Below, piece by piece: positions 9,454 through 18,512 of a DNA stretch of 64,000 nucleotides; position 1 is the first letter of the stretch; the number at the start of each line of letters is the position of its first letter. The notes under the pieces were generated by a model, which did no database searches, had not been told where the DNA came from, and worked only from the letters and a program-made list of their open reading frames with translations. The translations under genes and the position numbers were made by a program. The stretch comes from an uncultured bacterium (GTDB lineage: Bacteria > Cyanobacteriota > Vampirovibrionia > Gastranaerophilales > Gastranaerophilaceae): assembly GCA_902801985.1 (NCBI GenBank), contig CADCKD010000017.1, forward strand, positions 10,162 through 74,161, given 5' to 3'.

Positions 9454-10422
9454 TTAAGGTTTTATAGGTTGTACATCGTCAATATCAGTAGATATATTTG
9501 TACCGCACTCATCCGCTTTTGCATGCGCGGTTACACCCAGTTTACAGCACTTAGAGCCTTTTTTCCATTTTGAATCTTCGCCTTGAGTATAATTACAGCA
9601 GGCGATCTTTACATCTTTACTTATTTTATTCCATGCAGTATCATTACCTAACCATCCTGCACAACATAGAGGCTGATATGTTGAAGTATCGCTGCATTCC
9701 CAAGAATAATCGCTGACATTAGAAGTAGAAACTTCTGTTATACTTCTTGAAAGTGAAACACGTTGACGTGGCAGCGAAAATTCTCTCATATCAAGACCGA
9801 TAGTATTTGGGCCTTTTTTACCATTTAAATCAATCCAGCCGGTAACACTCTTCGTCGCAGGATGCGAATCGACACCGGAATGGTTTGCTCCAGTTTCTTC
9901 CGTTCTCAAAAGTACCTGAGGGCGAATACACAATACTGCCCCTCCTTTAATTTTGGCACATGAATATACAGATAACTTGTCTTCATCTGAATCAGACAAA
10001 TCGGTCACTTTTTTATTAGTACCGTTATTTGTAACTTCTTGACTCATATAACTACTAGGCAAGCAAGAATTTCCGCTTAAGAAATTTGCTTGGTAATTTC
10101 CGCAATACTCAACAATTTTGAAATTATTTTTTAAGAATTTTTCAGAGGACTTTTTAAGTAAATCTGTAGATAAATCATTGAGCCCAACAGGTTGGTATAA
10201 TGAAGTTTGGTCAAAAGATGATACATTTTCAATCATCGGCAAACGCCCTACTAAATCCATAAGATTTACAACATACTTATCATACGAACGCTGCATAAGC
10301 ATACGCTGATACCTTGTAGATAACGCCGGAACAACTAATGCCGCAATTACTGCAACAATAACCATCGCAAGAAGTAACTCTACAAGAGTAAACCCTTTAT
10401 TATGAAAATCAGAAAAACTCAT
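9454..10422 (-). CDS. type IV pilin-like (prepilin N-terminal methylation motif) protein with Cys-pair-rich C-terminus
   Basis: N-terminus ...NKGFTLVELLLAMVIVAVIAALVVP is the class III signal (G/FTLxE). C-terminus has three CC doublets (LCCAGW, IACCNY, KCCKLG). Confidence 0.8.
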   Translation of the reverse strand: MSFSDFHNKGFTLVELLLAMVIVAVIAALVVPALSTRYQRMLMQRSYDKYVVNLMDLVGRLPMIENVSSFDQTSLYQPVGLNDLSTDLLKKSSEKFLKNNFKIVEYCGNYQANFLSGNSCLPSSYMSQEVTNNGTNKKVTDLSDSDEDKLSVYSCAKIKGGAVLCIRPQVLLRTEETGANHSGVDSHPATKSVTGWIDLNGKKGPNTIGLDMREFSLPRQRVSLSRSITEVSTSNVSDYSWECSDTSTYQPLCCAGWLGNDTAWNKISKDVKIACCNYTQGEDSKWKKGSKCCKLGVTAHAKADECGTNISTDIDDVQPIKP

Positions 10423-10488
10423 ACATATCCTCCAATTGCTACATAATAATTATAGCACTTTTTGAGGTGTATAACAAGTATTATACAA

Positions 10489-12138
10489 TTAGGATATCAG
10501 AGATTTTGCAAATTCGATAGACTGTTCATTTATATCGCCGCCTGCAAGTTCTGCAAGTGCTTTTACTCTATTATCACCAGTCAAAACATACACTTCAACT
10601 TTTGTCACATCCTGCTGTGATTTTCTTACATAAAAATGTTTATCTGCCTTAGAAGCAATAATAGCTTGATGGGTAATAACCATTATCTGGTGACTCTTAC
10701 TCAAATTGAGAATTTCATCCGCTACACTTTGGCTTGCATGCCCGGATATGCCGGTATCAATTTCGTCAAAAATGACAGTATCAATTTCATCATTTGAAGC
10801 AAAAATAGACTTAATTGCAAGCATTACACGAGAAATTTCGCCGCCGGAAGCGACTTTTGCAAGAGGACGAAGCTCTTCAGAAATATTTGTAGAAATATAA
10901 AATTCAACATCATCTATTCCGCTTGGAGATAAATCTTTAGGCAAAACCCTAATTTCAAATCTGGCTTTTGGAAGTTCTAAAAAGGCTAATTTGTCTTGAA
11001 TAAGAGTAGACAATACCTGAGCATAATCTTTTCGATGTGAACTGATTTCGGATGCAATACTATATAACTCGTTTTTCTGTTTATTAATTTTTTCAGATAA
11101 TTCATTAACATTTTTAGAAGAATACTCAATACCGGAAAGTTCGTTAGAAAAATCTGCATAAGATTTTAATACAGATTCAAGACTCCCTCCATATTTACGT
11201 TTCAACTTGTCAAGAATAAATAGCCTTTCTTGTATATCGTTTAATCGCTGAGTATCATTATCTAAATTTTGACTATAATCTCGCAAAGATGAAGCAATTT
11301 CCTTTAATGCTTCAGAAGCATCATTAAATTGAGAAGTAATATCCTCCAGTTTTGCATCAAACCCCGAAGCTTTTACAACATCAGATTTAATTTTTGAAAG
11401 CCCTTCCAATATAGAGCCATCATCCCCATTCAACGCCCAATATGCGCTTCCCGTAAGTTCTTTCAACTTTTCTGCATTTGCAAGAACTTCTAGCTCTGCC
11501 TCCAAATCAGTATCTTCCGTTTCTGACTGAATATTTGCTTCTTCTATTTCATTTATTTGGAATTTTAAAAATTCTATTTGAGATTCTGTAGCATTTGCAC
11601 TGTTTTTTGCATTTTCCAGTTCTTTTAAAAGATTTTCATACTCTTTATATTTTAATTTATACACATCTAAAATGTCACCATACAAATCTTTTGCATAAGA
11701 ATCCAAAAGATTTATATGATACTGTGGCTGTAAAAATGTATAAGTTTGATGCTGCGAATGAATATCAACAAACAAAGTTCTTAAATTTTTTAATAATTCT
11801 TGATTTACAAGAGTCCCATTTATCCTTGAGCGGACTGCATTTTGAGTAATTTCTTTTGAGATAATTATTTCATTGCCTAAATCATCTATTCCGTTTTCTT
11901 GAAATAAACAAGATAAATCATGCCTGTTGTTTTCAAGCACGATTTCAATAATAGCTTTTTCGGCTCCTGTTTTTATAACATCCTTTGATACACGAGAAGA
12001 AAAAACAAGATCAATAGCGTTTATAAGAATACTTTTGCCCGCACCGGTTTCTCCGGTAATAATATTTAAACCGCTGTCAAAATTTGCAACTAATTCATCT
12101 ATTAAAATATAATCTTTTAATCTTAACTGTTTAATCAT
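10489..12138 (-). CDS. recN: DNA repair protein RecN
   Basis: Walker A GETGAGKS, long coiled-coil middle, signature ASGGEISRVMLAIK, Walker B VIFDEIDTGISG. Confidence 0.92.
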   Translation of the reverse strand: MIKQLRLKDYILIDELVANFDSGLNIITGETGAGKSILINAIDLVFSSRVSKDVIKTGAEKAIIEIVLENNRHDLSCLFQENGIDDLGNEIIISKEITQNAVRSRINGTLVNQELLKNLRTLFVDIHSQHQTYTFLQPQYHINLLDSYAKDLYGDILDVYKLKYKEYENLLKELENAKNSANATESQIEFLKFQINEIEEANIQSETEDTDLEAELEVLANAEKLKELTGSAYWALNGDDGSILEGLSKIKSDVVKASGFDAKLEDITSQFNDASEALKEIASSLRDYSQNLDNDTQRLNDIQERLFILDKLKRKYGGSLESVLKSYADFSNELSGIEYSSKNVNELSEKINKQKNELYSIASEISSHRKDYAQVLSTLIQDKLAFLELPKARFEIRVLPKDLSPSGIDDVEFYISTNISEELRPLAKVASGGEISRVMLAIKSIFASNDEIDTVIFDEIDTGISGHASQSVADEILNLSKSHQIMVITHQAIIASKADKHFYVRKSQQDVTKVEVYVLTGDNRVKALAELAGGDINEQSIEFAKSLIS

Positions 12139-12156
12139 AATTTAATATATTTGGAA

Positions 12157-13449
12157 TTACACATTCGCTCCGCAGCATTTTTTATATTTCTTGCCGCTGC
12201 CGCATGGACAAAGCTCATTTCTGCCAATCTTTTTACTTGTATCAATTTTCGGCTTTGCCTCATCTTCTTCGATAATACCTAACGTATTAGAAAAGGCATT
12301 TGATCTGTACAGCACAGTAGTTGAAGAAATAATCTTGTTACTTACATATCTGCGTTTATACTTATTTAGCAATTCATCCAATGTATAGTTCTTACCCAAA
12401 ACAGAATTAACTATTTCCATAAAGTTAGAATGTTTTTGAGCAACACTTCTTATCAAATTTGCACTAAATTTGTCATTTAGCAAGAAATATTTTATACAAG
12501 CATCATAATTTGTAACTTTTGTATAATCCTTTTCTTCAAAAATTTTATTAAATGTACCGTAAAAAGGAATTGCATACAATCCTAACTCTTTATCGTAAAT
12601 AATACCGACATCATATGTTTCTTTATGGGAAGAAAATCCGCCAAGGGAATTTTCTAAAAAGTTGTCGTAAGAATTATTGAATTCATTAACATTGAAAAAT
12701 TCAAATTTTTCAGGTTCTTGCACCAAATTAGAATAATCAGACTTAGTTCCGTCCTCTGCATAATCATTAAACAAGCCGATTAATTCATCCGCACATTTAT
12801 TAGTTGTAATAATTTCGGTTTTGCCAAAAAATTCAACAAACTTGTCATAAACTTCAGCTACATCCTGTTCAATTTCTTTCTGCTTCTCAGGGTTATCTAA
12901 ATAAACAAGTTCAGGATTTTGAATAATTTTTGCGACCGCAAAACGATAAGCATCTGTTTTGCGTTTTTCAGGTAATATTCCGGAAATTTCAAGCAAAAAA
13001 TGGTCCCCATTAATTTCAACTATACGAGCAATGATGAATTCTCCTGCTCCAACACCGCGGAATGTAGTCATCTTCATCAAAGACGTAACCATATAACGTC
13101 TTTCGTTGACGATATTTAACAAATCAAAACCTGTTTTTGTAATACGCTTAATTTCAAAAACCGAAGATATAGAATTTTCCAATGCTTCTACAATTTCTTT
13201 TGTTTCTTTATCAAGTTGCTTATTATTTTCTAAATATAACTCGGGAATACTTTTTAAATCTTCACCCAAATTACGCTCGAGGATATAACTAAAACAAGCA
13301 GATTGCAAAGGTATACCATTTTTTGAGTTCTGCCCGATAGTCTTTAAGTACTCATTAAAATCGTCTTTAATATCTTTATGTACCTGAATAAACTCGGCAA
13401 TATTTTTTATAACAGCATTTATACTATCCAATCGTTCTTGTATATTCAT
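12157..13449 (-). CDS. SEC-C metal-binding motif protein
   Basis: C-terminal [19 protein letters not shown]. The rest is not recognised. Confidence 0.7.
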   Translation of the reverse strand: MNIQERLDSINAVIKNIAEFIQVHKDIKDDFNEYLKTIGQNSKNGIPLQSACFSYILERNLGEDLKSIPELYLENNKQLDKETKEIVEALENSISSVFEIKRITKTGFDLLNIVNERRYMVTSLMKMTTFRGVGAGEFIIARIVEINGDHFLLEISGILPEKRKTDAYRFAVAKIIQNPELVYLDNPEKQKEIEQDVAEVYDKFVEFFGKTEIITTNKCADELIGLFNDYAEDGTKSDYSNLVQEPEKFEFFNVNEFNNSYDNFLENSLGGFSSHKETYDVGIIYDKELGLYAIPFYGTFNKIFEEKDYTKVTNYDACIKYFLLNDKFSANLIRSVAQKHSNFMEIVNSVLGKNYTLDELLNKYKRRYVSNKIISSTTVLYRSNAFSNTLGIIEEDEAKPKIDTSKKIGRNELCPCGSGKKYKKCCGANV

Positions 13450-13533
13450 AATGTCTCCCCTTTATAAAAATCTATTTTAGAATATAACTAATTCAGAAAA
13501 AACACAAATTATTAAGTTTTAGTAGCATTTGTA

Positions 13534-14031
13534 CTAATCAGTTAGCTTAAAATCACCGTTTTTCTTTATATGTTCGACCAATCCGCCGTCATTTAACAGT
13601 TTTATCATAACAGGCGGAAGCGGTTCTATTTGAATTATAGTACCGTTAGTTAAATTTGTTATTATCCCTTTTTCTATATCTAAATCTAATTCATCTCCAT
13701 CATCAATAGAATCCGTGTCACATTCTATTGCAAGTAATCCGATATTAATAGCGTTTCTGTAAAAAATTCGGGCAAAAGATTTGGCAAGAACAGCACCAAC
13801 TCCTGCTATTTTCATAATACGCGGAGCATGTTCTCTTGAAGAACCTAATCCAAAATTATTTCCCGCTACAACGAAATCACCTTTGGTCATACGAGATGCA
13901 AAAGTTTCATCCGCATCTTCCAAAACATGTTTTGCAAATTCATTCAAATCAGAACGCAAATGGTACAAACGCCCAGGTGCAATATGATCTGTTGAAATAT
14001 TGTCTCCAAATTTAAACGCTTTTCCCTTCAT
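13534..14031 (-). CDS. aconitase-family small subunit (LeuD-like swivel domain)
   Basis: GDNISTDHIAPGR, FVVAGNNFGLGSSREHAP and ARIFYRNAINIGL blocks. No large subunit is adjacent. Confidence 0.8.
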   Translation of the reverse strand: MKGKAFKFGDNISTDHIAPGRLYHLRSDLNEFAKHVLEDADETFASRMTKGDFVVAGNNFGLGSSREHAPRIMKIAGVGAVLAKSFARIFYRNAINIGLLAIECDTDSIDDGDELDLDIEKGIITNLTNGTIIQIEPLPPVMIKLLNDGGLVEHIKKNGDFKLTD

Positions 14032-14111
14032 AATAAAATATCTCCTTTGATATAATGTTAACCTAAAAATAAAAACTATGCTATAATTATTAAAAAGATT
14101 GAGAGGGAAAA

Positions 14112-14735
14112 ATGTATTTCAACAGAAAATGCAAAATTACATTTATATGCCACGGAGCAACAATATATTCCGAAGAAGGCAGATTTTCAGATGCTGATAA
14201 TTATCCGCCTTTGTCAGAATCAGGCGTGGACGAAATGAAAAACATTATAAGTTACCTCAAAAAAAGAGGGGTAAAAAATGATGCAATATACACTTCTCCT
14301 TCTCTAAGAACTCTACAATCGGCTACAATGGTATCCAAATTATTTAAAACTGATTATGAAGTATTAGAAGACTTAACCCCAAGAGAATGCGGGCAGTGGA
14401 ACGGCATGACTTTTTCTCAAATTTTGGATAAATATCCGACAGGCTTGAAAGATATGATTGATTATCCGGAAGAAAAAACTCAAGCCGGAGGAGAAAGCGG
14501 AGTAGAGTTTGTAAATAGAATTAAAGTTGTAATAGATAAACTTGTTAACGAAAATATTGGGAATCGCATTATTATTGTTACCCATCCAGATGTTATACAA
14601 GCAGCAATTTGTGCTGCATTAGATATAAATGCGGGCAAACTGAATAAAATATACATTAGAACAGGAAGTGCAACACAAATCAGTTACTTCGAAAACTGGG
14701 CAAGTCTTGTATATTCTGACCACGTACCTATTTAA
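14112..14735 (+). CDS. histidine phosphatase superfamily protein (PGM-like) with CHG in place of RHG
   Basis: ITFICHGAT..., SPSLRTLQSA, RECGQWNG and IIVTHPDVI blocks. Confidence 0.75.
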   Translation: MYFNRKCKITFICHGATIYSEEGRFSDADNYPPLSESGVDEMKNIISYLKKRGVKNDAIYTSPSLRTLQSATMVSKLFKTDYEVLEDLTPRECGQWNGMTFSQILDKYPTGLKDMIDYPEEKTQAGGESGVEFVNRIKVVIDKLVNENIGNRIIIVTHPDVIQAAICAALDINAGKLNKIYIRTGSATQISYFENWASLVYSDHVPI

Positions 14736-14739
14736 ACAC

Positions 14740-15492
14740 TTACTTAAGATTTGAATAAATAGTTTTTAATCCTTTTAACGTGAGAATAGGGTCAATTCTG
14801 TCGAATTTACGAGTAACATAGCGGCATATAAGCCCTGATAAACCTCCTGTTGCAACTAATTTCGCTTTTTGTCCCAGTTCTTTTTCACATTGAATAATTA
14901 GTCCATCGACCATACAAGCACTGCCTCGTACCACACCGGATAAAATAGCATCCTCCGTATTATATGCTATTGCTGCCGGAGACTCCTTAGCTTCAATCAA
15001 CGGAAGCTTTGAAGTCGCTTGCTCTAAAGATTTCAGTTGTGTTTTTACCCCCGGAGCAATAATACCGCCAAAAAACTCACCTTTTTCATTTAAAATATCA
15101 AAAGTAGTAGCCGTGCCGAAATCGACAATTATAACCGGTGCGCCCTTGAAATCCGCAACCGCAGCCGCATTAGCCAATCTATCAGCACCGATTTCTTCCG
15201 GAGTATCTGAAATTACACCAACACCCAAATCCATTGTTCCGGAAATAAAAATTGAATTTAGTGATAAGACCTCATCAAGTGCATATTTCATCTTTGCATC
15301 AAGTTCTTCAACAACAGATGCGACTACACAACCATCAATATCTAAATCTTTTAATAACTCTCTCAACAACGATATATAATCCTCTTGACTTAAATTTCTA
15401 TCTGAAGGTAAACGAAATTCTTTATAATACATATCGCCGTTAAAAATACCTAAAGTTATATTTGTATTACCTATATCAACCGTTAATAACAT
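14740..15492 (-). CDS. coaX: type III pantothenate kinase
   Basis: LLTVDIGNTN, GADRLANA and VDFGTATTFD blocks. Start set to ATG 15492, preceded by an AAAGGG RBS; the track uses an upstream TTG. Confidence 0.88.
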   Translation of the reverse strand: MLLTVDIGNTNITLGIFNGDMYYKEFRLPSDRNLSQEDYISLLRELLKDLDIDGCVVASVVEELDAKMKYALDEVLSLNSIFISGTMDLGVGVISDTPEEIGADRLANAAAVADFKGAPVIIVDFGTATTFDILNEKGEFFGGIIAPGVKTQLKSLEQATSKLPLIEAKESPAAIAYNTEDAILSGVVRGSACMVDGLIIQCEKELGQKAKLVATGGLSGLICRYVTRKFDRIDPILTLKGLKTIYSNLK

Positions 15493-15550
15493 AAAAATAG
15501 CCCTTTGGATTACCAAGGACTATTTTAATATAAAAATAATAATTTTAAAC

Positions 15551-15751
15551 CTAGAATTGAGATGCAGCTGTTGCATCTGATGCTCCGGATGGTTTGAAAT
15601 AGTCTGCGAATATACTATTTATAGGTTTTCCTGTTGCAATCTGACCAACAACATTCGTATACTGGTTTAGAAATTTTTTCAATTTTTGAACCGGATTAGA
15701 TCCTTTTTCATAATCGTTACCTGATATCCCGTTTATTGCTTGATAGCTCAT
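15551..15751 (-). CDS. hypothetical 66-aa protein
   Basis: GGAGG lies 8 nt before the internal ATG (MSYQAING...). A conserved promoter core, ATACTTTATATA, lies upstream at 15786-15797. Confidence 0.5.
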   Translation of the reverse strand: MSYQAINGISGNDYEKGSNPVQKLKKFLNQYTNVVGQIATGKPINSIFADYFKPSGASDATAASQF

Positions 15752-15884
15752 AGCATATTCCTCCAATATCATAATCGTACTTATTTATATAAAGTATTTT
15801 TTAATGACGGAATTGCAGAAAGACAAAAATATTGTTACATTTCTTTACAATTATTTTAAAATTTGATAATCATGATTACAATCT

Positions 15885-15912
15885 TGACAAAAAATTATGA
15901 GCAACTAGAATA
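15885..15912 (+). promoter_or_regulatory. sigma70 promoter for tuf (TTGACA-16 nt-TAGAAT)
   Basis: TTGACA at 15885-15890 and TAGAAT at 15907-15912. Confidence 0.6.
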
Positions 15913-15977
15913 AAAGTAGTGTAGATACTAAATTCACAATAGTATATATAGTAGACAAAGAAAAGGAGACTAATCTC

Positions 15978-17186
15978 ATGGCACGTGAAAAGTATGAACG
16001 TACGAAACCGCACGTTAACGTAGGTACAATCGGCCACGTTGACCACGGTAAAACAACATTAACAGCTGCAATTACTGGCGTTATGGCAGCTGCAGGTAAA
16101 GCAGACGCAAAAAAATTCGATGAAATCGATGCTGCTCCTGAAGAAAAAGCAAGAGGTATTACAATCGCTACAGCTCACGTAGAATATGAAACAGATGCAA
16201 GACACTATGCACACGTAGACTGCCCGGGCCACGCTGACTATGTTAAAAACATGATTACAGGTGCTGCTCAAATGGACGGTGCTATTCTTGTTGTTGCTGC
16301 AACTGATGGTGCTATGCCTCAAACTCGTGAACACATCTTGTTAGCAAGACAGGTTGGTGTTCCTAACTTGGTAGTATTCTTGAACAAATGTGATATGGTT
16401 GATGACCCTGAATTATTAGAATTAGTTGAAATGGAAGTTAGAGAACTTCTTTCTTCATACGAATTCGACGGAGACAACATTCCATTCATTCATGGTTCAG
16501 CTTTGAAAGCTTTGGAAGCTGTTCAAGCTAATCCAAATATTCAAAGAGGACAAGATAAATGGGTTGATAAAATTTGGGAATTGATGGATGCTATCGATTC
16601 TTACTTCCCAACTCCAGAACGTGATTTGGACAAGCCATTCTTGATGCCGGTTGAAGACGTGTTCTCAATTACCGGTCGTGGTACTGTTGCTACAGGCCGT
16701 GTAGAACGTGGTGTTGTTAAAGTTGGTGATGAAGTTGAATTAGTTGGTTTAGGCGAAACTAAGAAAACTACAGTTACAGGTGTTGAAATGTTCAGAAAAT
16801 CTCTTGATCAAGGTCAAGCAGGTGACAACATTGGTGCATTGCTTCGTGGTATTGATAAAACTGAAATCCAACGTGGTCAAGTTTTATGTAAACCTGGTTC
16901 AATCCACCCACACACTCACTTCACAGCTAACGTTTACGTTTTAACTAAGGATGAAGGCGGACGTCACACTCCATTCTTCCCTGGTTACAGACCTCAATTC
17001 TATATCAGAACAACTGACGTTACCGGTGAAATCAAATTCGACGGTCAAATGGTAATGCCTGGTGATAACGTAGTTATGGAAGTTACTTTGATTAACCCTG
17101 TAGCTATCGAAGAAGGTATGAGATTTGCTATCCGTGAAGGTGGCAGAACTGTTGGTGCCGGCGTTGTTGATAAAATTATAGAATAA
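15978..17186 (+). CDS. tuf: elongation factor Tu
   Basis: [18 protein letters not shown] and NKCD motifs. Strong AGGAG RBS. The loop [34 protein letters not shown] resembles cyanobacterial EF-Tu. Confidence 0.98.
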   Translation: MAREKYERTKPHVNVGTIGHVDHGKTTLTAAITGVMAAAGKADAKKFDEIDAAPEEKARGITIATAHVEYETDARHYAHVDCPGHADYVKNMITGAAQMDGAILVVAATDGAMPQTREHILLARQVGVPNLVVFLNKCDMVDDPELLELVEMEVRELLSSYEFDGDNIPFIHGSALKALEAVQANPNIQRGQDKWVDKIWELMDAIDSYFPTPERDLDKPFLMPVEDVFSITGRGTVATGRVERGVVKVGDEVELVGLGETKKTTVTGVEMFRKSLDQGQAGDNIGALLRGIDKTEIQRGQVLCKPGSIHPHTHFTANVYVLTKDEGGRHTPFFPGYRPQFYIRTTDVTGEIKFDGQMVMPGDNVVMEVTLINPVAIEEGMRFAIREGGRTVGAGVVDKIIE

Positions 17187-17211
17187 TAATTTTATTTAAT
17201 ATAGCTAAAAA

Positions 17212-17245
17212 AATACTCTGGTTTTATTACCAGAGTATTTTTTTT
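17212..17245 (+). terminator. tuf terminator
   Basis: aatactctgg-8nt-ccagagtatt followed by a T-run. Confidence 0.85.
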
Positions 17246-17292
17246 CTTCCTTAAACCAATTACATGAGAAACTCAATATCCAAAGAAGTCAA

Positions 17293-17463
17293 TTATGCGA
17301 GTAACTGCTCCAATAATAAAGCATTTTCTCTTGCTCTATTTAGGTCGTACAAATATCTTTCAACTGAAGATCTTAATTTTTCTTCTTTCTCGGATAAGCC
17401 ATTGTCTAGCAGCCGAACATAATTGTACACAGTAGTCATTTCATAATTGTTCTTTTTCATCAT
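17293..17463 (-). CDS. hypothetical 56-aa protein (below the ORF-track cutoff)
   Basis: Hand translation: MMKKNNYEMTTVYNYVRLLDNGLSEKEEKLRSSVERYLYDLNRARENALLLEQLLA. AGGGGAAAA RBS. Starts 21 nt after the RHH gene stop. Confidence 0.5.
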   Translation of the reverse strand: MMKKNNYEMTTVYNYVRLLDNGLSEKEEKLRSSVERYLYDLNRARENALLLEQLLA

Positions 17464-17484
17464 TTTCCCCTTTAATAAAATTCA

Positions 17485-17673
17485 TTAACCGAGTAATGCA
17501 TCTAAAATTTCTGCGTTAGATGACGCTTTTTTGCCGTTTCTTAGTTGGCTTCTATACATATAAGTTCTAAGAGCCTCACGAATTAACTCTGAACGTGTAC
17601 GATTTTCTGTTGAAGCTACAGAGTCAATCTCGTCTAAAAATCTTTCCGGCATTGAAATAAGTACTCTTGCCAT
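17485..17673 (-). CDS. ribbon-helix-helix (CopG/Arc/MetJ-type) DNA-binding protein
   Basis: MARVLISMPERFLDEIDSVASTENRTRSELIREALRTYM fits the beta-strand / helix / helix RHH pattern. AAGGAG RBS. Confidence 0.8.
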   Translation of the reverse strand: MARVLISMPERFLDEIDSVASTENRTRSELIREALRTYMYRSQLRNGKKASSNAEILDALLG

Positions 17674-17700
17674 TTTTTTTCTCCTTTAATTTTCCCTATT

Positions 17701-17749
17701 AATATTTCCCCGACATATATATAAAGTATTTTTTGATTAAAAAATTGCC
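17701..17749 (-). promoter_or_regulatory. conserved promoter/leader block (copy 1)
   Basis: Minus strand reads ggcaattttttaatcaaaaaATACTTTATATATATGtcGGGGAAATATT. About 75% identical to 18356-18404. Confidence 0.6.
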
Positions 17750-17861
17750 TATTTTTTACTTATTTAGTATATATTTGTAATATAACTTTACAATAATATA
17801 AGCAATAAAAAAGGCCGTAAACATTACGTTTCAGCCTTTTCTTTTTCCCTATTTTCAGCTT

Positions 17862-18146
17862 TTAAATATTTGAGCATTTACGAACTAATGAATAGAAATT
17901 CTTTGCTCTAAATCTTTTTTCAATTTTTGCTTCAATAGCTTTAGCTTCGCTTTCACATTCAACTTCTTTTGAGGATAAATCTTTTGCTAACTCTCTGACT
18001 GTTAACATTGCCTCGCGAGCAGAATATTTATCTATACAATCAGGAGTGATACTTTGTAAATATGAACTTGCATCAATTTTTGATGAACCAAACACTTGCA
18101 AACTCTCAAGTTCGAATTTTATTAAATTATTATTTAAATCATCCAT
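17862..18146 (-). CDS. hypothetical 94-aa acidic/coiled-coil protein
   Basis: ORF track lists 100 aa. The ATG at 18146 (MDDLNNN...) has the better RBS spacing. Confidence 0.5.
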   Translation of the reverse strand: MDDLNNNLIKFELESLQVFGSSKIDASSYLQSITPDCIDKYSAREAMLTVRELAKDLSSKEVECESEAKAIEAKIEKRFRAKNFYSLVRKCSNI

Positions 18147-18197
18147 TTCATTTTCCCTTATCATCAGGGAGAAATAAATATTTCTCCCTTAAATCTC

Positions 18198-18329
18198 TTA
18201 CATATATATATCCAAATATTGAGCGGTTGCTTCCGAACTCTCGACATCATATAGATAGTCTTCAATTGAATAATATATTTCCTCTTGTTTTGACGCCATT
18301 AACTCAGCGATTGCCCCAGACGCATTCAT
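18198..18329 (-). CDS. hypothetical 43-aa protein (below the ORF-track cutoff)
   Basis: Hand translation: MNASGAIAELMASKQEEIYYSIEDYLYDVESSEATAQYLDIYM. Its SKQEEIYYSIEDYLYDV resembles EKEEKLRSSVERYLYDL of the 56-aa ORF. Confidence 0.45.
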   Translation of the reverse strand: MNASGAIAELMASKQEEIYYSIEDYLYDVESSEATAQYLDIYM

Positions 18330-18355
18330 CTCTTTAATTCCCCTAAATAATTTAA

Positions 18356-18404
18356 TATATTTCCCTTACATATATATAAAGTATAAATGTATTGCAAAAT
18401 TGCT
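18356..18404 (-). promoter_or_regulatory. conserved promoter/leader block (copy 2)
   Basis: Minus strand reads agcaattttgcaatacatttATACTTTATATATATGtaAGGGAAATAT. TTGCAA is a candidate -35. Confidence 0.6.
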
Positions 18405-18512
18405 TAAATCGTATATAACTAATTTACATAACTTAACATAGTTTAAAATGAGTGATTTTTAGAACCTTTTGGGGTAAAATTTATAAAGGTACACAAAGAG
18501 GAAATATAAATA

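Noticed and set aside
15978-17186. Higher GC content and different codon usage of tuf as a sign of horizontal transfer.
   Set aside because: This is the expected translational codon bias of a very highly expressed gene. The flanks carry a normal promoter and terminator.
17293-17673. Calling the RHH protein plus 56-aa ORF pair a type II toxin-antitoxin system.
   Set aside because: The partner is shorter than known toxin folds and shows no recognisable toxin motif. It is reported as an open question rather than a call.
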